Notes: generated by a model from the sequence alone, not told the origin. A stretch of DNA of 64,000 nucleotides from an uncultured Planctomycetaceae bacterium (GCA_963976765.1 CAXBME010000004.1:310001-374000), one strand, 5' to 3'. Positions 1 to 11,888 are shown, counted from the first letter of the stretch. Translations and numbers: made by a program.

Positions 1-33
1 GCTATTCAGCAACGAGAGCAAATGAAGGGTTGG

Positions 34-1443
34 TCAGCCGGCGTTGCTGCGGGCTTCGTACTGGTTGAGTTTGTTGTAGAGCGTTTTCAGCGCGATCCCC
101 AGTTCAGCAGCGGCTCGCGGTTTGTCTCCGTGATGCTTGTCGAGAACTCGATAGATGAGGTCCATTTCGATTTCGCGGAGCGTCTTGTTCTCGCCCGAGT
201 TCCACAGCACGCCCGAACCGCTGGCGACGCTGGTTGGAGTCGAGAACGAGCTGGTCGGCGCCCCGATCGAATCCGGCAGATCATTAGCCACGATTCTCGT
301 ACCGTCGCAAAGTGCCAACGCGTACTCGATGGCGTTGGCCAGTTCGCGAACGTTGCCCTTCCACGGGTGAGCTTTCAATGCTTCCACGGCATCCTTACTC
401 AGAGTGACCGGTTGGCCGCCGTGCTTACTACGGTATCGATCGATCAAATGCTCGGCGAGCAGTTTGACATCGTCCTGGCGGTCGCGAAGGGTCGGAAGCT
501 TGATCTCAAACGTGTTGACGCGGAAGTAGAGGTCTTCGCGAAACGTGCCTTCGTCGACCATTTCCTGCAGCGGACGGTTCGTCGCGCAAACGACTCGAAC
601 ATCGACGTGGAACGCTTCGTTTTCGCCGATGCGGCGCAGTTCGCCAGACTCCAGAAACCTCAACAGTTTGACCTGAGTTGCCTTGTCGAGTTCGCCAAGT
701 TCGTCCAGAAACAGCGTTCCACCGTTGGCCATTTCGATCAGGCCCTTGCGGTGAGTGTCCGCTCCTGTAAACGCCCCTTTGCGATGCCCGAAAAGTTCGC
801 TTTCAACCAGTTGCTCGGGTAGTGCTCCGCAGTTGACAGCGACAAACGGCATGTCCGCGCGTTGACTCTGTTCGTGGATACTGCGTGCGGCGAGTTCTTT
901 GCCGGTGCCCGTTTCGCCGAGCACCAGCACGCTGGACTCTGTCGGCGCGATCTTGCTGATCAGCTTTCTGACACGTTGCATCGGCGCAGAATCACCGACC
1001 AGGTCCGCAGAACCTTCAACGGCCTTCAGCCGCTGCTCAAGTGCGCGAGTCTTGTTCGCAAGCGTCCGGTTGGTGGCCACTCGCTGCAATACGGTCGCGA
1101 TGTCGACCAGTTTGCAGGGTTTCTGCAGGAAGTCGTTGGCACCGCGACGGATCGCCGTGACGGCTTCATCGAGGTTGCCGTGCGCGGTGTGAATGATGAT
1201 CTGGGTGTCTGGCGAAACCTCTTTCAATCGGTCGACCACCTGCCAGCCATCAATGCCGGGCATTCTGAGGTCGACGATGGCAGCGTCAAAAGAGCCCGTG
1301 TCGATGACCTCAAGGGCTTTCTCGCCGCTTTCGCAGACGGTTACGTCATGTCCCATGCGCGGCAGTTCGATGCGCATGACTTCGCGGATCATGGCCTCGT
1401 CGTCGACAAACAGGACGCGAAGTCGATTCGTCGGGTCGCTCAA
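34..1443 (-). CDS. Sigma-54-dependent response regulator (NtrC/AtoC family: REC-AAA+-Fis HTH)
   Basis: FVDDE/DLRMP receiver motifs, GETGTGKE Walker A, GAFTGA loop, FLDE Walker B, WKGNVREL, C-terminal HTH LGIALKTLYNKL. Confidence 0.95.
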   Translation of the reverse strand: MSDPTNRLRVLFVDDEAMIREVMRIELPRMGHDVTVCESGEKALEVIDTGSFDAAIVDLRMPGIDGWQVVDRLKEVSPDTQIIIHTAHGNLDEAVTAIRRGANDFLQKPCKLVDIATVLQRVATNRTLANKTRALEQRLKAVEGSADLVGDSAPMQRVRKLISKIAPTESSVLVLGETGTGKELAARSIHEQSQRADMPFVAVNCGALPEQLVESELFGHRKGAFTGADTHRKGLIEMANGGTLFLDELGELDKATQVKLLRFLESGELRRIGENEAFHVDVRVVCATNRPLQEMVDEGTFREDLYFRVNTFEIKLPTLRDRQDDVKLLAEHLIDRYRSKHGGQPVTLSKDAVEALKAHPWKGNVRELANAIEYALALCDGTRIVANDLPDSIGAPTSSFSTPTSVASGSGVLWNSGENKTLREIEMDLIYRVLDKHHGDKPRAAAELGIALKTLYNKLNQYEARSNAG

Positions 1444-1858
1444 GCGAATCCTCCCTGATTAGCTATTCCAAACGAACACGACACAACCAGCGTCGCAACC
1501 TCATGTTGCGGGCGAGTCGTCAGATGTCCGAAAATGGATCGTTTCTGCGTCTTCCCTGACGCAAACCTGTCGATCGAGTCTCCCAATCCGATCGGCAGAA
1601 AACCGTGCAGTCTGAAAACTCACCGTTCCACAGCGAGCCATCCAAACAGCCCCGTCCAGACCTCAGAAAGTCCCGTCGGCCTGACCGGGCTGCGGGTGAT
1701 ATCAGAATCTTCGAAACCGGGTCAATCCGGGTTTTGAGTAAAACTGGCAACTCTGGCCAGCCATCACCGGTATGCCGGAAAGGCATCGATCAGGGTCTGT
1801 CAGGCAGGCGACTCGCCCCCTTTGGACCAGCCGTTTGGTTGACAGTTGCTGAGCGTTC

Positions 1859-1874
1859 AGGCACGATGATTGCA
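1859..1874 (+). promoter_or_regulatory. Sigma-54 (-24/-12) promoter upstream of coaE-rho-ribH-nusB
   Basis: AGGCACGATGATTGCA matches YGGCACR-N4-TTGCW except at base 1, with exact GG-N10-GC spacing; ends 115 nt before coaE. Confidence 0.7.
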
Positions 1875-1989
1875 CATTCCAAACGAGCCATCTCTGACTC
1901 ACCACTGTACGGACTGGAGTCCGTCGTTCAACGTTTCCTCTCGCAATGGATTGCTGGTTTCCCCGCCTTCCCTTTGAGCTTTTCCCGGC

Positions 1990-2607
1990 GTGTCCACGCG
2001 AAAAAAAACTCTCGTTGTCGGCATTCTCGGCGGCATTGGATCTGGAAAGAGCGCGGTCTCCAGGGGCCTTTCCAACAATTTCAAAATATATTTAATCGAC
2101 GGTGATCGGATCGGGCACGAAGCGCTTGGCATTCCGAACGTGAAAGACGACATCCGGCGAGCGTTCGGCAGCTCCGTTTTTGACGGGGCCGAAATCTGCC
2201 GGAAGTCACTCGCAGGAAAAGTGTTCGGTTCGGAAAATCACCACAAACAGGCATTGTTTGAGCTTGAGAAAATCGTACACCCGGAAATCCGGCGGCAGGT
2301 TGAAAAACAGTTGGCAGGAATTTCCAGCGATACTAACGTCGTCGTTCTTGACGCGGCTGTCATGCTGGAAGCTGGCTGGAACGATCTGTGCGACACTATC
2401 GTCTTTGTTGATACACCCTTTGAAACACGGTTGAAGCGAGTCCAGGAGAATCGAGGCTGGACGGCTGACGAACTTCGACGACGTGAAGCGAGTCAGATTT
2501 CAGTCGAGGACAAACGGGCCGTTTCTGAGTTTATCGTCGACAACTCGGGCTCCCTGGAAAACGCTGTTCAGCAACTTGCTTCATTTATAGAGAAACGACT
2601 TCACTGA
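1990..2607 (+). CDS. coaE: Dephospho-CoA kinase
   Basis: VVGILGGIGSGKS P-loop, IDGDRIGHE, LEKIVHPEI, VLDAAVMLE, IVDNSGS. Confidence 0.95.
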   Translation: MSTRKKTLVVGILGGIGSGKSAVSRGLSNNFKIYLIDGDRIGHEALGIPNVKDDIRRAFGSSVFDGAEICRKSLAGKVFGSENHHKQALFELEKIVHPEIRRQVEKQLAGISSDTNVVVLDAAVMLEAGWNDLCDTIVFVDTPFETRLKRVQENRGWTADELRRREASQISVEDKRAVSEFIVDNSGSLENAVQQLASFIEKRLH

Positions 2608-2791
2608 AACTCACCCTCTGAATTTACTCCAGGCGGGCCGCCTGCGACTCCTGTCTGACTCGCCCGAGTCAGAGACCACTTTCCAGATTCATCCCCCTCT
2701 CTCGAAGAGGTGTTGCTGATTCAGTTTCTTTCGTGATTGAAGGGCGATCGCCCTTTCGTCGCGATGGACGATCAAGTCCGACCGAATATGC

Positions 2792-4168
<1,377 letters not shown>

Positions 4169-4276
4169 CTTTCCGGGTGATCGGTGGTTCGCAAAATGGC
4201 AGATACGAATTCGAAACGCTGATCGACGAAATACGGACAATAGACTTCTGACACCTAACGCGACGACTGATTGACC

Positions 4277-4765
4277 ATGCCGAAAGAAATTGAAGGTAAA
4301 CTGATTCTCACCGACGAGTCCGTCGCGATCGTCGTCTCAAGGTTCAACGACCTGATCACCAACCGACTGCTCGACGGTTCGCTCGACACTCTGCGCCGCC
4401 ATGGAGCGAACGACGACAACATCACCGTCGTCCGCGTGCCGGGTTCGTTCGAGCTACCGCTGATCGCCGACAAGCTGGCGATGTCAGGAAAGTTTGACGC
4501 GGTGATTTGTCTTGGAGCGGTCATCCAGGGGCAAACGACGCACCACGACTACATCAATCATCAGGTCGCCGCCGGACTTCGCGAAGCCAGTCAGAAAAGC
4601 GGAATCCCCGTAACCTTCGGAGTGTTGACCTGCCAGTCGATGGAGCAGGCAATCGATCGAGCTGGTGGCAAAGTTGGCAATAAAGGCAACGAAGCCGCGC
4701 TGGCCGCCATTGAGATCATCACCACGCTGAAGCAACTGAAGGCCGATGGAGTTCTCGCAGACTGA
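4277..4765 (+). CDS. ribH: 6,7-dimethyl-8-ribityllumazine synthase
   Basis: [44 protein letters not shown]. Confidence 0.97.
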   Translation: MPKEIEGKLILTDESVAIVVSRFNDLITNRLLDGSLDTLRRHGANDDNITVVRVPGSFELPLIADKLAMSGKFDAVICLGAVIQGQTTHHDYINHQVAAGLREASQKSGIPVTFGVLTCQSMEQAIDRAGGKVGNKGNEAALAAIEIITTLKQLKADGVLAD

Positions 4766-4879
4766 GTTTCCAGGAAACGTATTCGCAGTCTGAAACAGAT
4801 TCCGGCAACACGTTGCGTTCCCCTTTGCTGGAACTGCGTTTGTTCCGGCCCACTTCTCTTAACGGTAGTTCAACACGCA

Positions 4880-5284
4880 ATGGCACGACGACGACAAGCT
4901 CGGACCGCAGCCCTTCAACTGCTTTATCAGCGGGACGTGAACCCGGACATTGATCAGCACATCGCGCACGAAATGCTTGACGAGCTGGTCGAGACCGAAG
5001 AACTACGCGAGTTTGCCTGGCAGATCTACACCGGCACACTTTCAATTACGGAAGAGGTCGACAGGAAGATTCAGACCGTCTCCGAAAACTGGCGAGTGTC
5101 CCGCATGTCGCCCACCGATCGAAATATTATCCGGATGGGTGTTTACGAGATGACCATGATGGGAACCGCCCCCGCCATCGTGCTCGATGAGTGCATTGAG
5201 ATCGCCAGGGAGTTCGGCTCGGTCCAGTCGGGGCAGTTTGTAAACGGCGTGCTCGACAAGATGATCCCGGAAGGCTCGGCCTGA
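4880..5284 (+). CDS. nusB: Transcription antitermination factor NusB
   Basis: RRRQARTAALQLLY, NWRVSRM, DRNIIR, FVNGVLD; conserved position after ribH. Confidence 0.96.
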   Translation: MARRRQARTAALQLLYQRDVNPDIDQHIAHEMLDELVETEELREFAWQIYTGTLSITEEVDRKIQTVSENWRVSRMSPTDRNIIRMGVYEMTMMGTAPAIVLDECIEIAREFGSVQSGQFVNGVLDKMIPEGSA

Positions 5285-5304
5285 CTTCACGAGCGGCCCT
5301 GCTG

Positions 5305-5820
5305 TTAACGACTCGTTCGATAGCGGTCGAGCAGCGGTTCGACGACGCATTCAGGCACAAATCGCTGCAGCCTGGAGTCGGCCAGATCCTTTCCCATGTG
5401 AGCGATCTGCTTGATCAGCGTACTGGAAATGTGCGAATACTTTTCGCTGGCCATCAGAAAGACGGTTTCCAGTTCGGGGGCCAGTGCGTGATTGGTCAGA
5501 GCCATCGTGAATTCCAGCTCGATGTCGCTGACCGTACGAACTCCTCGAAGCAGGACGGCGGCGTCGATCTCTCGAGCGAAGGTAACGGACAAACCTTCAA
5601 AGCATCGAATGTCGACGTTCGGCAGGTTGGCCACCATTTCGCCGACGAGAGCAATTCGTTCGTCCGGGCTGAACAGCGGCTGCTTGTCTGGATTGATACC
5701 GATTCCCACCGTCAACCGATCAAACAGCCGCGACCCTCGCTGGATAATGTCCAGGTGTCCGAGTGTTGGGGGATCAAAGCTGCCAACGTAAACGGCGTTC
5801 CGAGTGTTGGATTCGGGCAT
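5305..5820 (-). CDS. coaD: Phosphopantetheine adenylyltransferase
   Basis: AVYVGSFDPPTLGHLDII, LLRGVRTVSD, ETVFL, HISST. Confidence 0.96.
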   Translation of the reverse strand: MPESNTRNAVYVGSFDPPTLGHLDIIQRGSRLFDRLTVGIGINPDKQPLFSPDERIALVGEMVANLPNVDIRCFEGLSVTFAREIDAAVLLRGVRTVSDIELEFTMALTNHALAPELETVFLMASEKYSHISSTLIKQIAHMGKDLADSRLQRFVPECVVEPLLDRYRTSR

Positions 5821-6063
5821 GGCTTCGCACGGCTCACTAGCTGGTGACGAGTTGTGGAAGAGTGAACGGTTGAGATTCTACCGGCTGGCTGTGAATTCCG
5901 CTGCCAAACGCAGGACCATTTGACGGATCGCTGCCTGTCTGGCAGATTGCCAATCTGGCAGCAGTCTGACTCTGAAACTTCAGCCGCCTGCGACGATGTA
6001 TCTGTTTGCCTGGAAGACGTTTAAGATTTCCCTGAACCGAAGCGAGCAGTAAGAACAGCGTCT

Positions 6064-6079
6064 CGGTACATTGTTTGCT
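6064..6079 (+). promoter_or_regulatory. Sigma-54 (-24/-12) promoter upstream of the Hsp20 pair
   Basis: CGGTACATTGTTTGCT, exact GG-N10-GC spacing, about 105 nt before ATG 6184. Confidence 0.6.
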
Positions 6080-6183
6080 CGGCGCTGGCTGTGATTGCAG
6101 AATTGTTCTAAATCTGTGCCTGACCCCGTCGAGTTGTTGGCTCGACATCGTAACCCAGGAACTTGTTCGAGAGTGTTTTGACC

Positions 6184-6627
6184 ATGGCCGTTTTTCGCTG
6201 GGGACATAGCTGGAGCGACGCGTTCAGCGACCTCGAACGCGAAGTCGACAGCATTCTGCAGAGCGTTAACCAGACGTTCCAGGGCTTGCGGTTTGGCCGC
6301 CAGTACCCGCCGATCAACCTCTACGACCTGGACGATCATTATTTGATTACCGCCGAGATCGCAGGTGTCTCGACTGAGGATCTCGACCTGGCCATTGCCA
6401 ACGGTGTGCTGACAGTTCGCGGTGGACGAACACTCGACGAGGGAGCAGACGAGAATCGATACCGTCGACAGGAACGCCCACACGGAACGTGGCAGCGGTC
6501 GATCACTTTGCCCGAGCGAGTCTCTGAAGACGGACTGAAGGCCGACCTGACCAATGGCATTCTGCGAATCGTGCTGCCCAAGGCTCAGGCTGAAACTCCC
6601 CGTCAAATTCCGGTCACCGGTGGTTAA
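6184..6627 (+). CDS. Hsp20/alpha-crystallin small heat shock protein
   Basis: [43 protein letters not shown]. Confidence 0.93.
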   Translation: MAVFRWGHSWSDAFSDLEREVDSILQSVNQTFQGLRFGRQYPPINLYDLDDHYLITAEIAGVSTEDLDLAIANGVLTVRGGRTLDEGADENRYRRQERPHGTWQRSITLPERVSEDGLKADLTNGILRIVLPKAQAETPRQIPVTGG

Positions 6628-6638
6628 AGGGGGCCAGC

Positions 6639-7064
6639 ATGAGTAACGAACTAACTCGCCAGAATCTCGACGCACAGTCTGGTAGCAACGAGTCGCGTAC
6701 CGCTCGAGAAACACCGTCACACCCAGTCGATCGTTACGTTTTTACGCCGCCGATCGACATTCACGAAACAGATGACGGACTGATTCTACGCGCCGACCTG
6801 CCCGGAGTTTCCCTGGACACTCTGGAGTTGCAGGTTCAGAACAATCGGCTGACATTATTCGGTCGAGTTCCGCAGGTCGCACCGGAAGGGGCACGACTGG
6901 TCCATCAGGAGTATCACGAAGGCGACTACCTTCGCTCGTTCATCCTGAGCGACAACGTCGACCACGATCGAATCTCGGCAAGGCTGACGAACGGCGTCCT
7001 GGAAGTCTTCCTTCCACACACGCCCAAAGCTCAGCCCCGAAAGATTCAGGTCTCCGGCTCGTAG
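6639..7064 (+). CDS. Hsp20/alpha-crystallin small heat shock protein
   Basis: [41 protein letters not shown]. Confidence 0.93.
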   Translation: MSNELTRQNLDAQSGSNESRTARETPSHPVDRYVFTPPIDIHETDDGLILRADLPGVSLDTLELQVQNNRLTLFGRVPQVAPEGARLVHQEYHEGDYLRSFILSDNVDHDRISARLTNGVLEVFLPHTPKAQPRKIQVSGS

Positions 7065-7281
7065 TGCAAGAAAGCCCTGAGGCTCAGGTCGGTCGCGGAC
7101 AAAACCGAGTTTGCGACCAGGCTGTAACGGCCGGACTCAACTGACACCCCAAAACCGTCGGTTTCAGAACTTCGTTGGAAACACCTCCAGAAGGTGTGGG
7201 TAGCATGGCCCGAGCGGTGTCTCACGCGCCGCATTTCGATTCACACGGACAGCTTCTCACTTCTCAACGCAAGGCTCTCAC

Positions 7282-8004
7282 ATGACTCAGGAAAACAATT
7301 CGCAGCCAGGATCCATATCAACAGCAGATCGTACGGTGCTTTCTTACCACCGGGCGAAACTCAGAACCGACGGAGCCATCATCAGTGGAGCCGTTCTGTC
7401 TGTCACCGCGACGCTCGGAGCCGTTGTTCTGTTGCACGAAAATACGAACGGCGTTTGGATCGTACCTGCGACGGCGATCGCGCTGACAGCGGTGCTCGTC
7501 CCGATTACTGTCGGTGTTCGAGAAATTTTCCGCCGGCGACGTACTCGGCTCGCCGTTCAACCGACCAGTACGACCGTTCGGCCACTGGCACTCTTCACGT
7601 TTTCGCTCGTGCTTGGAATGCTGGTCACTGCTGGAATTTCAAAGAACACACTTGAGTCCGGCGTCTACTACCAGATTGGCCAGCGGCAGCTTGAGAGTCA
7701 GGATTACCTCGCTGCTGCCGAAACGTTCTCGTGTTTCATCAGCGTCTCGCCGCAGCATTCAATCGGCTATTACAAACGCGGCCTCGCGATGTACAAAGCC
7801 GGTCAGCTCGACCAGGCCTACGTCGACCTCAAAGTCGCCATCGACAAGATGCCGCGCGACTGGAACTCGCGAGTACTGTTCCTCGGAACGCTGGATCGAC
7901 TCGGACGAAGCGACGAGTTGAAGGCCGAACTGGAACGTGCCGAGCACTTGAATCCAAACGCCAGTCACTTACTGAATCAGTTGCTTGAATCTGTCGAAGG
8001 CTGA
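7282..8004 (+). CDS. Membrane protein with C-terminal TPR repeats
   Basis: Three hydrophobic segments followed by TPR-like YYQIG...AAETF and GYYKRGLAMYKAGQLDQAYVDL. Confidence 0.75.
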   Translation: MTQENNSQPGSISTADRTVLSYHRAKLRTDGAIISGAVLSVTATLGAVVLLHENTNGVWIVPATAIALTAVLVPITVGVREIFRRRRTRLAVQPTSTTVRPLALFTFSLVLGMLVTAGISKNTLESGVYYQIGQRQLESQDYLAAAETFSCFISVSPQHSIGYYKRGLAMYKAGQLDQAYVDLKVAIDKMPRDWNSRVLFLGTLDRLGRSDELKAELERAEHLNPNASHLLNQLLESVEG

Positions 8005-8029
8005 TCTCTCGCTTCTGAAATTTCACAAT

Positions 8030-8070
8030 GCGGCCTGCGAGCGAATTTCGTTCCTCGCGGGCCGTTTCAT
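8030..8070 (+). terminator. Probable intrinsic terminator
   Basis: Stem GCGGCCTGCGAG/CTCGCGGGCCGT followed by TTCAT, just after the TPR gene. Confidence 0.5.
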
Positions 8071-8319
8071 CGTAGGTCAGAACGTGCCTGACGGCATTCG
8101 GAGTTGATGATCGGATCGGTGAATCAGGACTTCATCAGGCTCAGCCTGACCTGCCCCAAATCATTGGTTATGGCCCGAAAGTGTCGGAACCGGGTTCCGT
8201 GACTGTGGGAACGCTTCGCCAGATCCGTTATTTTGCGTGGTTGGCTTTCCGGCGTTAACTCTCGTTTCATTCACCGCGAATTTCCGCTGATTAATTCGCT
8301 GACAACCCTCGACGCGAAA

Positions 8320-8766
8320 ATGGCACTAGAGGAAAACAACTGGGTTCCGGCAGCCATTTTTGGTGGGTCACTCGTGCTGCTCGGAGCTGGCATGATGTTT
8401 GGCCATGCTCGCGCGTGGAAAGAACAGCGTGACGATGAGGCCCTCGAAGATTCCGACCGGATTCATCTTCGGAACCGCTACCTCAGGCGGATGCAGACTT
8501 CCGGGGCTGTCGCATTTGCCGGTTGCCTGATTGGAATCGGTGACGCATTTATCTGGCCGCTCGGACCGGTCGTCGCGACTTTTTACTGGCTGTTCGTCAT
8601 CATGCTCGTGTTCTGGATCGCGTTGCTGGCACTGGGCGATCTGACTTCCGTCCGAACACATTCACAGACGACGATGTCTCAGCTCGAATCGACACGGAAG
8701 GAGCTGGAAGCCGAACTCGCCAGACACCGACATCGATCGAACGGAAAACCCACCAAAGAATCCTGA
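8320..8766 (+). CDS. Hypothetical membrane protein (about 3 TM, C-terminal coiled coil)
   Basis: Hydrophobic helices and a charged helical tail; co-oriented directly upstream of thrC. Confidence 0.7.
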   Translation: MALEENNWVPAAIFGGSLVLLGAGMMFGHARAWKEQRDDEALEDSDRIHLRNRYLRRMQTSGAVAFAGCLIGIGDAFIWPLGPVVATFYWLFVIMLVFWIALLALGDLTSVRTHSQTTMSQLESTRKELEAELARHRHRSNGKPTKES

Positions 8767-8811
8767 TCTACAGGATCTACCAACTGAGAATCTTTAACCA
8801 CGGAAACTTTC

Positions 8812-10239
8812 ATGTCGACGCTTGAAGCTGCATCGTCAACGGCCACGCGGCAGGACACTGCCTGGCAGGTCTGCATCCATCCCGACTGTCGATCCACCTA
8901 CGGAATTGAGGAGATCCTTGTCGGCTGTCCGAAGTGCGGAAACCTGCTCGACATTGCCTACGACTGGGATCGTCTGGAAGTTCCGTCGTCTCTGTCGGAA
9001 ATCGAAGCCCGCTGGTCAACACGGAGAAACCCGCTCGACTTCAGCGGGGTGTGGCGGTTTCGAAGTCTGTTGCCGTTCGCTCCGGAGCAAAGCATCGTGA
9101 CGATCGGCGAAGGGCAGACGATTCTTCGAGCAAGCAGCCCCGTTGCGAAGTATGCCGGGCTGGAAGAATCGAACCTGCTTCTGCAGTACGAAGGTCTGAA
9201 CCCTTCGGGCAGTTTCAAAGATAACGGCATGACCGCCGCGTCGACTCACGCTCGCATGGTCGGAGCGAAATACGCTGCCTGCGCATCCACAGGAAATACC
9301 AGTGCGTCCCTGGCCATCTACAGCAGCGCAGCTCAACTCTTTGACGCACTCGTTTTTGTCGGCAGTGGAAAGATCGCTTTCGGAAAACTTTCCCAGGCAC
9401 TCGACTATGGAGCACACACGCTGCAGATCGCTGGCGACTTTGACGACGCCCTGAAACAGGTGCGCGAAGTCTGTCAGCGGGAAAAGATTTACCTCTGCAA
9501 CAGCGTGAACCCGTTCCGGCTGGAAGGTCAAAAGACGATCATGTTCCGCGTGCTGGAAGCGTTGAACTGGGAACCGCCTGACTGGATCGTTGTTCCGGGC
9601 GGCAACCTCGGGAATTCCAGCGCGTTCGGCAAAGCCTTCCTCGAACTGAAAGAACTGGGCCTGATCGATCGAGTGCCTCGCCTGGCGGTGATCAACGCCG
9701 CGGGAGCCAACACTCTGACTCAGCTTTACAACGACCACAGACTTCGCTGGAACGAAGGTCGCACCGACGATGCCATGATCGACGGCTTCTTCTCTGAAAT
9801 GGATGCCGAAAACCGCCGGGCATCGACACTCGCCACAGCGATTGAGATCAACCGCCCGGTCAATCTGAAAAAATGTCTGCGAGCGCTCGAAGCATGCGAT
9901 GGCGTCGTGCGGCAGGTTTCTGATCAGGAAATCCTCGATGCCAAGGCCCAGGTCGGAGCCGGCGGATTCGGCTGCGAACCAGCCAGCGCCGCCAGCGTTG
10001 CCGGAGCAAAGCAACTTCGTGAAGAAGGAATCATCGCTCCGAGTGACAAAGTCGTTTGCATCCTCACCGGCCATCAGCTCAAAGATCCCAACGCGACAGT
10101 CGCTTACCATTCGTCAAAGGCCGGCAACATTGATCCGAAGCTTGCGGACGCAGGCATTGATGCGGTCTCATTCGCGAACGGTCCCGTTCCCGTCGACAAT
10201 GAGCTGGAGCGAATCCTCGACGTCATCAGAAGTCTGTAA
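8812..10239 (+). CDS. thrC: Threonine synthase
   Basis: N-terminal Cys cluster (CIHPDC, CPKC), [13 protein letters not shown] lysine, [34 protein letters not shown]. Confidence 0.92.
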   Translation: MSTLEAASSTATRQDTAWQVCIHPDCRSTYGIEEILVGCPKCGNLLDIAYDWDRLEVPSSLSEIEARWSTRRNPLDFSGVWRFRSLLPFAPEQSIVTIGEGQTILRASSPVAKYAGLEESNLLLQYEGLNPSGSFKDNGMTAASTHARMVGAKYAACASTGNTSASLAIYSSAAQLFDALVFVGSGKIAFGKLSQALDYGAHTLQIAGDFDDALKQVREVCQREKIYLCNSVNPFRLEGQKTIMFRVLEALNWEPPDWIVVPGGNLGNSSAFGKAFLELKELGLIDRVPRLAVINAAGANTLTQLYNDHRLRWNEGRTDDAMIDGFFSEMDAENRRASTLATAIEINRPVNLKKCLRALEACDGVVRQVSDQEILDAKAQVGAGGFGCEPASAASVAGAKQLREEGIIAPSDKVVCILTGHQLKDPNATVAYHSSKAGNIDPKLADAGIDAVSFANGPVPVDNELERILDVIRSL

Positions 10240-10253
10240 GCAGGAGAGTCTGA

Positions 10254-11372
10254 GTGAGCATCGCCCAACGTCATCAGGATGGAAGTCTACGACGCCGTGG
10301 CGTTGAATCGTTTCTCTGCGGAATTTTGATTTCAGCGAGCTGTTTTTTCGCAGCGCCATCAACCGCTGCTGCCGACTCGATCGAACCCTGCATCGCCAGC
10401 GGCGGCGGTTTTGATCGAACAGCTCTTAAACATGGCGAAAAACTGCGGCACTTTGAATTCGAATACGCCAGCAAGGCAGTCGGCCTGAAACCGGGAGCGA
10501 ACGTCCGAGTCTGGTTGCCGATTCCGCCGACTAATCAGCATCAGGCGGTATCGATTAAGGCTTCGCGTTTTCCGGCGAAAGCAACGACCTCACGGGAAGC
10601 CGAGTACGGCAACTGCATGGTGTACTTTGATACGACCGCTCCGAAGAACGGAGAGGTCAGCTTTTCGATCACCTACGAAGTGGCTCGCGCCGAAGTGAAA
10701 GCGCTCGGTCGAGACGGACAGGAATTGAGTCGGGAAGAACGCCGGCTGTTCCTCAAGCCAAACCGACTGGTCCCGACTTCCGGTCGACCACTCGACCTGC
10801 TGAAAGGAATCAACGCTCCCGTCGATCAACTCGACCTCGGACGTTTGCTTTACGAACGCGTCGACTCGCACCTGAAGTACGACAAATCCCAACCGGGCTA
10901 CGGCAACGGAGATTCCGTCTGGGCGTGCGACAGTCAGTTCGGAAACTGCACCGACTTCCACAGCCTGTTCATCTCGCTGGCCCGTGCGAAAGGGCTGCCC
11001 GCTCGGTTCGAAATCGGTTTTCCCATTCCCGAAGCTCGCGGAAAAGGCAACATCGGCGGCTATCACTGCTGGGCCTTCTTCCACACCGACAGGCACGACT
11101 GGGTCCCGACCGACATTTCAGAAGCGGACAAGCACCCGGAAATGAAGGACTACTACTTCGGGAACCTGACCGAAGACCGAGTCGCCTTCTCGTCGGGTCG
11201 CGACCTGAATCTGGTTCCGCGCCAGGCCGGCGAGCCTCTGAATTTCTTCGTCTATCCCTACATTGAAGTCGACGGCAACCCCCTATCGACAGACAGCATG
11301 GAAAAGACGTTCCGCTATGTGGATTTGAACATGCTGTCTCAGGCAGACAGCTCCCTCGATCAAGAAGAATGA
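10254..11372 (+). CDS. Exported transglutaminase-like domain protein
   Basis: Signal-like N-terminus; triad motifs GNCTDFHSLF, YHCWA, WVPTD. Confidence 0.85.
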   Translation: MSIAQRHQDGSLRRRGVESFLCGILISASCFFAAPSTAAADSIEPCIASGGGFDRTALKHGEKLRHFEFEYASKAVGLKPGANVRVWLPIPPTNQHQAVSIKASRFPAKATTSREAEYGNCMVYFDTTAPKNGEVSFSITYEVARAEVKALGRDGQELSREERRLFLKPNRLVPTSGRPLDLLKGINAPVDQLDLGRLLYERVDSHLKYDKSQPGYGNGDSVWACDSQFGNCTDFHSLFISLARAKGLPARFEIGFPIPEARGKGNIGGYHCWAFFHTDRHDWVPTDISEADKHPEMKDYYFGNLTEDRVAFSSGRDLNLVPRQAGEPLNFFVYPYIEVDGNPLSTDSMEKTFRYVDLNMLSQADSSLDQEE

Positions 11373-11420
11373 TCAGGAAACAGTCTGGACTCTCATTCCC
11401 GACCTTGGCACAATCGAACC

Positions 11421-11888
11421 ATGACTCGTTCCATTGCACATTTTCTGTTGACCCTTGTCGTGCTGGCCTGTCCGGTTCAGTGCGTGATCGGCGGCGATTT
11501 GTGCTGTGAATCGAAGGCGGCGGAGTCGGAGGTTGCTTCCGGTCAATCGTGCCCAGCGTCTGGCCACTGCTGCCACGAACCGACGAGTGTGAGCCCTGAA
11601 TCAAAGTCTTGCTCCGACGAGCCGATTCACATCCCGTCAGCAGACGATGACTGCAACTGCGATTGTCTGTGCAAGGGTGCGATTTCATCTGTCTCATTGA
11701 TTGCTGAAAACGGTGGCGCAACGCTACTGCACGAGCTGGCTGTTTGCCGAATCGACAATACAGACCTGTCTCGCTATCCAGTCACGCCGCCACCCGCCCC
11801 GCCCGATGCATTATCCGGGCGAGAGATCCGCACGTTGCGGATGTCTTCCAGGTCTAGTCGAGCGTTTATTCGCAAGATCTCCCGCTGA
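11421..11888 (+). CDS. Small exported Cys/His-rich protein
   Basis: Hydrophobic N-terminus, CC, CCH and CNCDCLC clusters, Pro-rich C-terminus; precedes ABC exporter genes. Confidence 0.65.
   Translation: MTRSIAHFLLTLVVLACPVQCVIGGDLCCESKAAESEVASGQSCPASGHCCHEPTSVSPESKSCSDEPIHIPSADDDCNCDCLCKGAISSVSLIAENGGATLLHELAVCRIDNTDLSRYPVTPPPAPPDALSGREIRTLRMSSRSSRAFIRKISR

Noticed and set aside
22..1458. Long + strand ORFs (22..822, 862..1458) and similar antisense ORFs elsewhere (e.g. 9016..10110, 50190..50834)
   Set aside because: Shadow frames of well-supported genes on the opposite strand, as expected in GC-rich DNA; no motifs
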